A DNA stretch of 32,000 nucleotides from NCBI RefSeq assembly GCF_000025505.1, contig NC_013849.1, forward strand, positions 1,650,001 to 1,682,000, given 5' to 3'. A program made the position numbers and the translations under genes. This document shows, in pieces, positions 9,705 to 18,583 of this stretch (position 1 is its first letter; the number at the start of each line of letters is the position of its first letter). The notes below the pieces were generated by a model. That model ran no database searches and had not been told where the DNA came from. It saw nothing but the letters and a program-made list of their open reading frames with translations. Origin of the DNA: Ferroglobus placidus DSM 10642. GTDB lineage: Archaea; Halobacteriota; Archaeoglobi; Archaeoglobales; Archaeoglobaceae.

Positions 9705-10823
9705 TCAAAACCTCCTCCCCAGGATTTCGAAAATTTCATAGAGATTTGGTGTTAAATCCGAAAAGTCGAACATAAATTCCCTATACTTAAGAAAATTCAG
9801 GAAATCCAACAGATTTCTTATTTTTTCTTTTTTCGTTTCTTTTTTAGAAAAAAGAACATCTGCTATCGACTTGAAGTCCTCTAAAAAACTTCTCAAATGA
9901 ATGCCTTCAGCGTGTTTCGTTTCGATTTCGTCAATTATGCCGAAATAAAATCTATAAAGCAACCAAGGGAAGTCAACTCCACAAATTGCAGCAGCATTAA
10001 CGCTGCCCCAGAACCTCGGATTTACATCGATGAGCTTTGGTTTACCATCGGTTTCGTCGATAATAAAATCAAAATTAATTATCCCGGAATACTCGACCTC
10101 CTCCGCAAGCTTTTCAGAATATTTCAAACAATCGTCGTTTCTGGAGCTTTTGAGGTAAGTGGCTGGTCCGAAGGGATACGGATAAAATCTCAACCTTTCG
10201 TAAACGAAAGCAGCTACAAAGTTCGATTTATCGCAGATTCCAGAAATGCTCAGCTGCTTTCCTTCTACCACTCTCTGAAGGAGAACGTCCTTCTCATTAA
10301 ATCTGAGTTCATCTTTAAGTGAAAGGTACTCGGATTCGTTCCTTATTACGTAAACTTCCCTCCCTCCACTACCAATTCTGAATTTTAAAATGAACTCACC
10401 AGATTTTGCAAATTCAAGAGCATCAGATTCGGATTTCGGGAAAACTGTCTCTGGCACAGGGATTCCTATTTTTTGAGAGATTTCAGTAATTCTTCCCTTA
10501 TCTACCAATGTCTTGACAGCCTCATAATCCCCACAAGCTATCCTAATTCCGTTTTCAATTTTCGATTTAACTTTAGCAAGATCGACAAGCTCTTTTTCTG
10601 GAAGAAGCGGAATAAACAGTTCGCAATTCTCATTCAAAGCCACTTCCAAGGCTTCCCGGTAACTTCTCACGAGGTGATTTTTCGAAGAATATTTTGAGTA
10701 GAACGCCGGAACTCTTTCTTTACTTGAAGCTAAATGAACTCTAACTCCTCTCCTACCCAGAGACCTCGCTATTGGTAAAGCAGGAGAGTCTGCTGCGTCG
10801 TAAACCATTATATTTTTTCTCAT
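9705..10823 (-). CDS. ATP-grasp domain protein (carboxylate-amine/thiol ligase-like)
   Basis: 372-aa ORF; KFRIGSGGREVYVIRNESEYLSL, QRVVEGKQLSISGICD, IDFNFDFIIDE..KPKLIDVNPRFWGS motifs. Confidence 0.8.
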   Translation of the reverse strand: MRKNIMVYDAADSPALPIARSLGRRGVRVHLASSKERVPAFYSKYSSKNHLVRSYREALEVALNENCELFIPLLPEKELVDLAKVKSKIENGIRIACGDYEAVKTLVDKGRITEISQKIGIPVPETVFPKSESDALEFAKSGEFILKFRIGSGGREVYVIRNESEYLSLKDELRFNEKDVLLQRVVEGKQLSISGICDKSNFVAAFVYERLRFYPYPFGPATYLKSSRNDDCLKYSEKLAEEVEYSGIINFDFIIDETDGKPKLIDVNPRFWGSVNAAAICGVDFPWLLYRFYFGIIDEIETKHAEGIHLRSFLEDFKSIADVLFSKKETKKEKIRNLLDFLNFLKYREFMFDFSDLTPNLYEIFEILGRRF

Positions 10824-11947
10824 TACAATTCCCCAAATACAACCCTCTGATACAGTTCGAAATACCTCCTGCCGATATTGGGAAATGAAAACTTATTCTT
10901 CACGTATTTTCTGATAAAACTGCTTGGAAACTTTCTGTGATTATCTATCATCCACTCTATCGCTTGCTCGAAAGCTTTTTCATCGGTCACATCCACAACA
11001 ATCCCCGTTTTTCTCACAACGATTTCCTTCTGTCCTTTGTCACTCACTATTACCGGCTTTCCGCAAGCCATAGCTTCTATAACTACGACTCCAAACACTT
11101 CCCACAGACTCGGGAGAATTAGAAAGTCCGTTTCCGGTAAAATCTTCGAAACTTCCTCTCTCTTTTTCGATCCGAGAAATTCAACAACATCAGATAATCC
11201 GTAGTCTTCACTCAATTTTTTGTAGTAACTGAAACGAGAACCCCCGCCAACCAGAAGTAAATGAAAATCGTTTAAATCCGGACGTAAATTCTTAACAGCT
11301 TTTAGTAATTTATCCACACCCTTTATCGGATCGAGCCAACCTACGAAAATTCCTCTGGTTTTATGTCCAGCGTTATTTCCTCTTCTGAACGACTCCGTGT
11401 TTACGGCATTTGGTATTACGAATATCTTATTCGAAACTCCCAAGTTCAAAAGGTACCTCTTAAAAAAATTTGAAGGGACAACAACAGCATCGGCACTGCT
11501 TAAAACTACTTTGCCTAAAAACACTCTCAACTTATCCGATAGCCTTTTCTCAAACCTTTTTTGGAACTTCATGTGCTCCGTCAGCATTACTGGCTTTTTC
11601 CTCAATTTTCCGAGGATTATCGAGAGTATTCCGGCTGTAAAGACGTGAGCGTGAATAATATCCGGTTTAACTTCCCTTTCAATTTTAAGGAGTTCGAAAA
11701 CTACGAGAGGATAAAGAAAGAAATGGAGCTTAGCTGGAAGTTCCCTCACACTAATTCTGTACACAATGATGCTGTCATCCTGAAATTTTTCCACCTTAAC
11801 AGCTTTTCCCAAATTTTTTTCTAAATATATGTGTACGAGAAAAGATTTTACGTATTTTGAAGTTGCAACCGCTAAGTCCCTAACGAAGATGCCAGATGCG
11901 GAATTCTTCTTATGAGGATACCAAGGAGTGATAGATAACACCTTCAC
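10823..11947 (-). CDS. Glycosyltransferase family 4
   Basis: 374-aa ORF; HAHVFTAGILSI, FVGWLDPIKGVDKLLKAVK, LPSLWEVFGVVVIEAMACGKPVIVSDKGQKEIV motifs. Confidence 0.9.
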   Translation of the reverse strand: MKVLSITPWYPHKKNSASGIFVRDLAVATSKYVKSFLVHIYLEKNLGKAVKVEKFQDDSIIVYRISVRELPAKLHFFLYPLVVFELLKIEREVKPDIIHAHVFTAGILSIILGKLRKKPVMLTEHMKFQKRFEKRLSDKLRVFLGKVVLSSADAVVVPSNFFKRYLLNLGVSNKIFVIPNAVNTESFRRGNNAGHKTRGIFVGWLDPIKGVDKLLKAVKNLRPDLNDFHLLLVGGGSRFSYYKKLSEDYGLSDVVEFLGSKKREEVSKILPETDFLILPSLWEVFGVVVIEAMACGKPVIVSDKGQKEIVVRKTGIVVDVTDEKAFEQAIEWMIDNHRKFPSSFIRKYVKNKFSFPNIGRRYFELYQRVVFGEL

Positions 11948-12948
11948 TTACTCTTCCCTCCGAACATGGTATAGAAAGTGCTGGCAATACTCGCTTTTGC
12001 GTTTTTCTTTACTACAACAAAGTAAAGCCACAAATCCGGGTTATATCTCACCTTGAACTCAGAAAGCCTCTCGGTATTTGCACCGATTATTTCGTACTTT
12101 TTGTAACCGCTCGTTTGCGCTTTCTCTATAACATGCCAGTTGAGCAGGTCGTTTGGGTAGGTTCCAGAAACCGTAACCTTGGGATTGCCAATCCAACTCG
12201 ATACTTTATCTCTATAAGCCAAATCGATTATTCCAGTAACCACCTCTCCTTCAAACTCGACAACGACGACCTTAACTTTCTCTGAAAGTGCATTGTAAAT
12301 TTCAAGGAGGTATTCCACGTTAACGTCAGAGCTTTTGTTTTGCTCTGAATACCTCAAGTTTACGAGTTCAATAACCTTCTTTAACTCCCTTACGCCTCCC
12401 TCGTAGATATCAAATCCAACCTTCTTAGCTTTTTTGATGTTTTGTCTGAGCTTCTTTTCGATTGACATCCAAAGTTCCTCGGAACTCCTATTCAGGTCGA
12501 TAACGTAGCTGTAAAACGGATCAGCTTTGTAGTTATTCCATTTAAACGGTCTAACATCAACAAGTCCTGGAGGGGTAAAAATCCTCACGAAATCAGCGTT
12601 CAATTCCCTAAAAAATTCGTCTAAGGCTTTAATTGAGCGACGGTAGTTGTACTCCACTATGCTACTCCTTAAATTGCGATCGTTCAAAATTAAAGGTCCT
12701 AAATACGGAATAGCCAATTTGGGTGGCGGAGAGAAGACCAAGTTTATTGATTTTAACCTTTTGTAGAATACTGGAAACAGACTTACGGGCTCCATTCCCT
12801 TGTAGCAAACGACTGGATAAAACTTCCACCCGGAATGTTTCTCTGCTGCTTTCAACCACTTCCACTCGTGAAATATCGTTGCGAAGGACGAAGAGTTAAC
12901 GAGTTCATCCCACAAAGTTCCATCTTCAACAGTTTTAAGCTCGACCAT
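11944..12948 (-). CDS. FemAB-like / GNAT-fold transferase, copy 2
   Basis: ATIFHEWKWLKAAEKHSGWKFYP...LVFSPPPKLAIPYLGPLI closely parallels the 8667..9695 protein. Confidence 0.75.
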   Translation of the reverse strand: MVELKTVEDGTLWDELVNSSSFATIFHEWKWLKAAEKHSGWKFYPVVCYKGMEPVSLFPVFYKRLKSINLVFSPPPKLAIPYLGPLILNDRNLRSSIVEYNYRRSIKALDEFFRELNADFVRIFTPPGLVDVRPFKWNNYKADPFYSYVIDLNRSSEELWMSIEKKLRQNIKKAKKVGFDIYEGGVRELKKVIELVNLRYSEQNKSSDVNVEYLLEIYNALSEKVKVVVVEFEGEVVTGIIDLAYRDKVSSWIGNPKVTVSGTYPNDLLNWHVIEKAQTSGYKKYEIIGANTERLSEFKVRYNPDLWLYFVVVKKNAKASIASTFYTMFGGKSK

Positions 12949-13426
12949 TTAAATCACATCCAAACGATCAACATACGGATACTCACAACTGTAAGCAGCT
13001 TTGTTTTTGCCGTAAATAACTTTTAAAGGACTATTTACCTTCCTCATCCAGAGATCTGCAATTTGTGAAGCTGTCAGAAATTTCGCTCCATTTAACTTTC
13101 CGAGCTCGATCGCGTATAGATAAAGCCCTATCCAATCTGAAAAGTTGTCATAATTGAACAGAACATGATGCCAAAGAATGCAAAAAACTTCCCCGAATTT
13201 TTTCACATCATCAAACAACTCTCTTACAATATTTTTACCACTTTCCGGATTCTCCAGAGAGACGTCCATTACAGTCAGAGGTATCTCAAGAATCTCAATT
13301 CTTTTCCCCTGTTTTGTGTAGGGTTTAAAGGGTTTGCTCGTACCCCACCTAAATCCAACTCCGTCTTTACTCTTGAAGCCAAGCGAAGCATCGTAAATAA
13401 AACCCGCCTTCTCCTGAATTTTCCAC

Positions 13427-13434
13427 GTTTCTGG
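13427..13434. repeat. Left copy of 8-bp target site duplication GTTTCTGG
   Basis: Identical to 14122..14129 and directly abuts the inverted-repeat end. Confidence 0.9.
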
Positions 13435-13460
13435 AGACCCGTAAACTTTACCTTCCCAGA
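13435..13460 (+). repeat. Left terminal inverted repeat of the IS
   Basis: AGACCCGTAAACTTTACCTTCCCAGA. Confidence 0.85.
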
Positions 13461-13477
13461 ATATTATTCAGACAATT

Positions 13478-14114
13478 TTGATGAAGTTGAAGAAGCTTAT
13501 AGAGGAGCTTGAGTTGTTTGAGAGGGAAAGAGTTCCGAACGACATTAGAATTCTTGGCGTAGCCACTTACGTTCAAACTTCTTCGACGAGGAGAACGGCT
13601 AAAATTCTCTCGGAGTTTCGTCCGGTCTCCCATACGGCTGTGTGGAAATGGATAAAGAAGTTTGAAGAGAAGTTACCAATTTCTACTGAGAAGAAGCGGA
13701 GAAATCTTGTTGCAATAGATGAAACGATTGTCAAAGCTAACAAAAAGAAGTTCTACATTTTTGCCGCGGTAGACGTTGAAAGGAACGAGCTGATTTTAAT
13801 GAGGGTTTACACGACGAGAAACATTCTTACAGCAAGGTCTTTCGTCAAAGAAGTTCTTAATTACTGCGAGAACGAACCCAAGTTTTTGATAGACAAAGCA
13901 CCATGGCTGAGAAAAGCAATAGAAAGTTTAGGCTTGGAATTTAAGCATGAAACCTTTCGGAAAGAGAAGTCTGGTTGAAGCGACGTTCAGCTCATTTAAA
14001 CAGAGAGTTAAGCTGTTCTTCTGTTCGATTTCCACTAAAAATCCAATTAAAAACTGGAATCTATTCTGCAAACTCTTCATGCTCTATTACAATCATCTGA
14101 GGTGGTTAAGTTGA
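13478..14114 (+). pseudogene. DDE transposase, frameshifted near 13958
   Basis: ORF 13478..13978 has NLVAIDETIVKA (D) and FLIDKAPWL (D); frame +1 from 13959 continues GKRSLVEATFSSFKQRVKLFFCSISTKNPIKNWNLFCKLFMLYYNHLRWLS* with the candidate final E. Confidence 0.8.
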
Positions 14115-14121
14115 CAGGGCT
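14096..14121 (-). repeat. Right terminal inverted repeat of the IS
   Basis: Reverse complement AGCCCTGTCAACTTAACCACCTCAGA. Confidence 0.85.
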
Positions 14122-14129
14122 GTTTCTGG
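14122..14129. repeat. Right copy of 8-bp target site duplication GTTTCTGG
   Basis: Identical to 13427..13434. Confidence 0.9.
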
Positions 14130-15035
14130 GATAGTAAGGTTTAAATTGTGCTGCCTTATTCCCGAAACTTCTTTTCCTATAACATTTTCCAGTCTTTCTT
14201 TTTCCAATTTCATCAATTTTGAATCCTTGAAAGAATTATAAGAGCCATGAAGAGCTATTTCCCACCCGCCTTTGTCAAGTGATCTTATGATTTCAACAAC
14301 CATTTTATCATCAAACTTATACCTTCTTCCGTAATGTTTCCAGCTTTTCGGAGTTAGAGAGGTCTTAGCAGTTTCCTCTAAAAAGAAGAACGTTGATTTA
14401 ACTTCGTAGCTATCCTCCAGCTCCATTAGCTCCTCAAATGTCCAAAATGGATTTTCCTTTTTCAAAAAATCGTGAAAGAATCCATATATCTCTCTAAGAG
14501 CGTCTTTTATTTCCATTCGCTTAAAATGCCTGAGGGCGTTCGTGAAATATTGGTAGGTTTTCGCGATTTCATCAACATCGTGAGTTAAGCATATGGAAAG
14601 GGGTAAATGTTTTCTAAAAAGGGGATAACCATTTTGGCTATACAAATCAGCGATTATGTTCACCAAATTCCTCTCAAGAATGTCCAGATAAGGAATTCTG
14701 CCAATCTTCGCAAAATCGTATCCATTCTTCAAACAATCCTTTTCGAAGTCTCCGGAAATTATGTAGCCAATTATTTCAAAAGGATTAAAGTCCACTCCAG
14801 CATGCGTTTTACTTTGAATTTCAACAAATTTTGAAAAGTTACAGTTATTGATAAAGAAGTCGTAAAGCTGGGAGGTGTCGAAGCTTTCGTTTGAAAACGA
14901 AACTTGAACTTCTGGATTTCTGGAAATTACACCACTCTCTTTGATAACAACATTATCGGCAAGACCGTTTCTTTCTGAAAACAATTTTGCTCCGATCTTA
15001 GAGTAAAAGTTTTCGATACATTTACCCTCCAAAGT

Positions 15036-15054
15036 ATAATTAAAAATAAAAATT
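15036..15054 (-). terminator. Possible T-rich archaeal terminator downstream of the PEF-CTERM-like gene
   Basis: On minus strand TTTTTATTTTTAATTATAC directly after the stop codon at 15061. Confidence 0.4.
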
Positions 15055-15060
15055 TTGTTA

Positions 15061-15990
15061 TTATTCTCTTCTGACTATATATACCAAACCAAGCATCAGC
15101 CCGACTGGTATTGCCAGCAACCCGAACTCTGGTATGGGAATGTCGATGTCGTCGTTACCACAGTATTCTGTAAGATGGAAGTTTTTCGGTAATGGTTGCT
15201 GTGGCAGATTCTTGTTTTCCATTCCAACAAAGACCTTAGGAATTGCAAGCTCTATTATGTAATTGGTCCTTCCAAAGTCCATAATCTTCGTGTCTCTCCA
15301 GAAGCCCGGAGCGTAGCCGAGCGGGTCTCCAAGAGCGTTTATCTTCAATCTCGCTGGCGAAGCATCACTGTGTGTTGCATCTTTCCAGCTTCCAGGAGAG
15401 GATGTGTCATAAATCTCGTAGAGAGTCGAATTTCCGACCATCGTGTTTCTCACTGGATGAGTTGACGGGTAATACAATCTGACTCCGAATTCGTAACCGT
15501 AGTCTCCCGTCGATTTATTGCCATCGAGGTCAAGAGCCAGGTCACCTATGTCAGCTGGCTTACCTGAGTAAACTATAGCAATGTAGATGAAGTCCTCATC
15601 TTCAGTCAGGTACATGGCTTCCATGTCGAATTTCTCTCTACCCAGTGGTTGCGGCTCTCCATCGATCAACGGCTCGTAGTAAGTAGAGTAAGAAGAGCCC
15701 ATACCTTTTATGTGTACACCTTCAGCATATGCATCCGCATACCCGAGTTTTGGATCAACATTATCCTCGATGACGAACCTAATCCCCGAGTTTGGTAGCC
15801 ACGCAGACACGTTTCCATTCTCACCGGGAACGCTTGAATCGTTTAAGCCATCTCTCAATTCATCAAGCGTAATTCCCCAGTCGCTCAAATCTCCGTCGAT
15901 AGTTATAGCCATTGCCTTTGGCAACGCCAGTGCAAGCACTACAAGTCCAAACAAAACTTTTAACGTTTTTTTCATTTCATCATTCACCAA
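15061..15990 (-). CDS. Secreted protein with signal peptide and C-terminal PEF-CTERM-like sorting tail (candidate archaeosortase substrate)
   Basis: N-term MKKTLKVLFGLVVLALALPKAMA-ITIDGDLSDWG; C-term IPIPEFGLLAIPVGLMLGLVYIVRRE (motif + TM + basic tail). True start probably 15987 or 15975; ORF track start is a TTG. Confidence 0.8.
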   Translation of the reverse strand: MVNDEMKKTLKVLFGLVVLALALPKAMAITIDGDLSDWGITLDELRDGLNDSSVPGENGNVSAWLPNSGIRFVIEDNVDPKLGYADAYAEGVHIKGMGSSYSTYYEPLIDGEPQPLGREKFDMEAMYLTEDEDFIYIAIVYSGKPADIGDLALDLDGNKSTGDYGYEFGVRLYYPSTHPVRNTMVGNSTLYEIYDTSSPGSWKDATHSDASPARLKINALGDPLGYAPGFWRDTKIMDFGRTNYIIELAIPKVFVGMENKNLPQQPLPKNFHLTEYCGNDDIDIPIPEFGLLAIPVGLMLGLVYIVRRE

Positions 15991-16033
15991 ATCTCCCTTA
16001 AATTTTCAATTTAATGAACCTTTATAGATACAA

Positions 16034-16045
16034 CTATAAAAACCT
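16034..16045 (-). promoter_or_regulatory. Likely TATA/BRE promoter of the PEF-CTERM-like gene
   Basis: Minus strand GAAAGGTTTTTATAG, ~50-60 nt upstream of the likely start, with GGGAGAT (possible SD) before the start. Confidence 0.5.
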
Positions 16046-16085
16046 TTCTTCCATAAATAGTAAAAACTTGTTATTATGATCATAA

Positions 16086-17114
16086 TTAATGTTCAACTTC
16101 CTCAACGAAGTTCACAAGCCACTCACTTAAATCGACTTTTTCTTTGATAAGAACATCCCTTCTTCTTTTCCAGATTCTTTTAGATCTCTTGTCTTCGAGG
16201 ATTTTAACAGCTCTTTCTAAAGCCTCTTCTTGGTTCGCATAGAACTCAATAAGCTTGTATTTGTTTCTCAACTCAAGCAAGTTACCTGACATTAATCCTG
16301 TAGGTAAACCGCTACTTGTCGATTCGACATGTATGGAGGGCGTTCCGAGTACAGCCGCTTCAACAGCCATTGTAGCTCCTTCTCCAATGTACATGTCAGC
16401 GAAGTAAAGTAAAGAGTGGGCAAGTTCTGGTGGAATTTTCGCATTTTCCCCGTTTTTACTCTCATTAAGTACAACAACGTTTCCGAAATCTTCAAGAGTT
16501 TTTTTGGCTTTCTTATAATCCTCCAATCCTTTCAAACTCCTATCGTGATAGGCATTCCAAGAAATTGTTCTGAAAACTATAAACCTCTCGTTTTTTGGGA
16601 AATCCAAGTAATCGTAAACAGTCCTATCTTCTCTAAAGTTGTTCGGATGCAAGTAAGCTAACTCAAAAAAGCTGTTAAATCGCACATGTTTTTCTCCAAA
16701 ATCTCCAAGAAAGCTCTTTGGTGTAACAACATACTTTGAGAAAGGTACGGTTATCATGTGCAGCTTTTTGGCTATTTCAGTGTCTTCGAGTATCACATAA
16801 TCTCCCCCAACAACCGCATTTGCGTGAACCATGTGAGGGATGGGTCTTCCTATGGTTACATCCGGTCTAAATTTCCTCAATATACTCAGTGAGCTTCTTT
16901 CGTATTTAACAAGTTTGAGCAATTTGGAGTAAATGTTACCACCGCTCTCACCAAGTATTTTGTAGTTTTCATAGTACTTTTCGAGCAAATACATCGTTTC
17001 TCCCTTATTCACAGCTAAAACCAGAATTTCATGTCCTCTTTTCTCCATCTCTTTAACGAAATGTCGAAATATGTGCACGTGTTTTGGATGCACTACTCCA
17101 ATGGCTACCTTCAA
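16086..17114 (-). CDS. DUF354-family protein (glycosyltransferase-like fold)
   Basis: 342-aa ORF; HPKHVHIFRHFVKEMEKRGHEILVLAVNK..., GEGATMAVEAAVLGTPSIHVES. Confidence 0.8.
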   Translation of the reverse strand: MKVAIGVVHPKHVHIFRHFVKEMEKRGHEILVLAVNKGETMYLLEKYYENYKILGESGGNIYSKLLKLVKYERSSLSILRKFRPDVTIGRPIPHMVHANAVVGGDYVILEDTEIAKKLHMITVPFSKYVVTPKSFLGDFGEKHVRFNSFFELAYLHPNNFREDRTVYDYLDFPKNERFIVFRTISWNAYHDRSLKGLEDYKKAKKTLEDFGNVVVLNESKNGENAKIPPELAHSLLYFADMYIGEGATMAVEAAVLGTPSIHVESTSSGLPTGLMSGNLLELRNKYKLIEFYANQEEALERAVKILEDKRSKRIWKRRRDVLIKEKVDLSEWLVNFVEEVEH

Positions 17115-17120
17115 ATTTCC

Positions 17121-17960
17121 TCACCTCTTCAGCAAAATATAAGAAATTGGAAGAAGTACAATCATGAAAAAAATCCATCCGAGATGCGAGTGAACTTTCA
17201 GCATGAAATCAGAACCAAAGTTGTAGGTGAGGTAAACCAATACTGCTACCCTAAGTAAGTTGGCTATGTAAACAGCCACAGCCAAAACGATAAGTGTTTT
17301 CGCTACTCCTCTCCAATCCCTCCAATGGAAAGTGAGGTTGTAGGATAATACCATGCTCGTAACGAGAAGCAACGAATACCATCCGAAGCAAGCTAGGTCT
17401 ATCCTCAAAAATGCGTGATTTTCTCCGAGAACTTCAATAATTCTAAAGTCAGATAGTTTTACACCAATTCCAATTGACTGCAAGAGCATCACAACTGGGA
17501 CAGCAACTGCGTAATGTCCGTAGAGATACGGCAAGTACATGCTAATTTTTGCAGGGATCATGAACAAGAATGCGAAGAGTATTAAAAATATCAGAGAAAA
17601 GTAAGCTCCGAATTTGCCTATTTCCGAATACTTGCTCCCGGATCCGTAGAATATGAGGGAAACACCAAAAAGAATTACCATCGTATCAAAGGTTTGGATT
17701 TTAGAGTCGATGATATTATTCACGAATAAGTCCAGCACTGTTACTGCTACTCCTACAGATATAAAAAACCAAGATCTACGAAGCTCTTCGAAAGTGTCTT
17801 TAGAGTTTTTAGCCAAAAGAACCAGAGCTATCAAGGATAAAAAGAGAAAGAAAATTCCGATATACACTGTTCCGTAAGCAAGTTCTATCGATGCTCCGAC
17901 TATTAAAGCTGCCAAGACGATTATCCCTAATTCACTGGAAAACTTCATCTTATTATCCAT
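17121..17960 (-). CDS. Archaeosortase/exosortase family membrane protease-transpeptidase, possibly PEF-CTERM-specific (ArtC-like)
   Basis: 279-aa multi-TM ORF with the conserved sortase-like triad spacing: DLACFGWYSLLL (Cys), IANLLRVAVLVYL (Arg), HSHLGWIFFM (His); next to a PEF-CTERM-like protein. Confidence 0.85.
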   Translation of the reverse strand: MDNKMKFSSELGIIVLAALIVGASIELAYGTVYIGIFFLFLSLIALVLLAKNSKDTFEELRRSWFFISVGVAVTVLDLFVNNIIDSKIQTFDTMVILFGVSLIFYGSGSKYSEIGKFGAYFSLIFLILFAFLFMIPAKISMYLPYLYGHYAVAVPVVMLLQSIGIGVKLSDFRIIEVLGENHAFLRIDLACFGWYSLLLVTSMVLSYNLTFHWRDWRGVAKTLIVLAVAVYIANLLRVAVLVYLTYNFGSDFMLKVHSHLGWIFFMIVLLPISYILLKR

Positions 17961-18583
17961 CTTATAACCTCGAAAACTTCCGCATACTCTACATTTATCT
18001 GCACTCCTCGCGTTCTTGCTAAACTTTCTATAAAACTTCCATTAAAGTAAGGTCGTTCAGCTTGAGATTTATATTTCGTAAGAGCGAGTATTTTCCGCTC
18101 AATATGTCTTTTGTCCAGTGGAATAAAAGCGGTCGTATCAAAAGTGAGGTTGTTCCACGGCTGTTCATAGCCAAGGATCGTGCAACCTTTAAATGCTCTT
18201 AGTGTTTCCTCCCTTGTAACTTTGTGATCCTGATGGGTGTCGTAAGAAGAGGGTGTGAAAACCACATCTGGAGATATGTTCTTTCGAACGTTTATTAAAG
18301 AATCCAAAATCTCCTGTCTGAATGTCGGAAACTTCCTCACTTCGAAGTCGTAAAGTAGAACGTTCTTTTTATCTATTCCAAGAACTTCCATTGCTTCCAA
18401 AACCTCTTTTCTGAGAATGTTTTTAGGGTAAATTTTAGGAACGGATTTTTCACACGAAGATAAAGCAGCGTAATAGACTTCCCTCTCTTCTTCAACGAAT
18501 TTAGCAATGCTCCCACCACATCCTAGCTCTCCATCATCGGTGTGTGGGCTTAAGATTAAAATCCTCTCAAACATCACTATCAC
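17945..18583 (-). CDS. PIG-L/LmbE family deacetylase
   Basis: LILSPHTDDGELGCGGSIAKFVEE... and PSSYDTHQDHKVTREETLRA metal-binding motifs. Confidence 0.9.
   Translation of the reverse strand: MIVMFERILILSPHTDDGELGCGGSIAKFVEEEREVYYAALSSCEKSVPKIYPKNILRKEVLEAMEVLGIDKKNVLLYDFEVRKFPTFRQEILDSLINVRKNISPDVVFTPSSYDTHQDHKVTREETLRAFKGCTILGYEQPWNNLTFDTTAFIPLDKRHIERKILALTKYKSQAERPYFNGSFIESLARTRGVQINVEYAEVFEVIRWIIR

Larger units (their letters stand above)
13435..14121 (+). mobile_element. 687-bp insertion sequence, IS6-family-like
   Basis: TIRs AGACCCGTAAACTTTACCTTCCCAGA / AGCCCTGTCAACTTAACCACCTCAGA (19 of 26 matching), 8-bp TSD, single DDE transposase frame, interrupts a gene. Confidence 0.9.
12949..15032 (-). 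pseudogene. Polysaccharide (NodB-type) deacetylase gene interrupted by IS insertion; fragments 14106..15032 (N-terminal) and 12949..13434 (C-terminal)
   Basis: N-part: LPLSICLTHDVDEIAK...STFFFLEE...GWEIALHGSYNSF...IRQHNLNLTIPET; C-part: WKIQEKAGFIYDASLGFKSKDGVGFRWG..FCILWHHVLFN. Deleting 687 bp plus one 8-bp duplicate restores one frame (~462 aa). Confidence 0.9.

Noticed and set aside
9897-10322. 141-aa plus-strand ORF
   Set aside because: Antisense to the ATP-grasp gene; no motif.
13165-13512. 115-aa plus-strand ORF crossing the IS left boundary
   Set aside because: Antisense to the deacetylase fragment and created across the insertion junction.
13478-13978. Programmed +1 frameshifting in the transposase
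   Set aside because: No recognisable slippery heptamer or stimulatory element at tttcggaaag; a one-base insertion is simpler. Kept only as an alternative.
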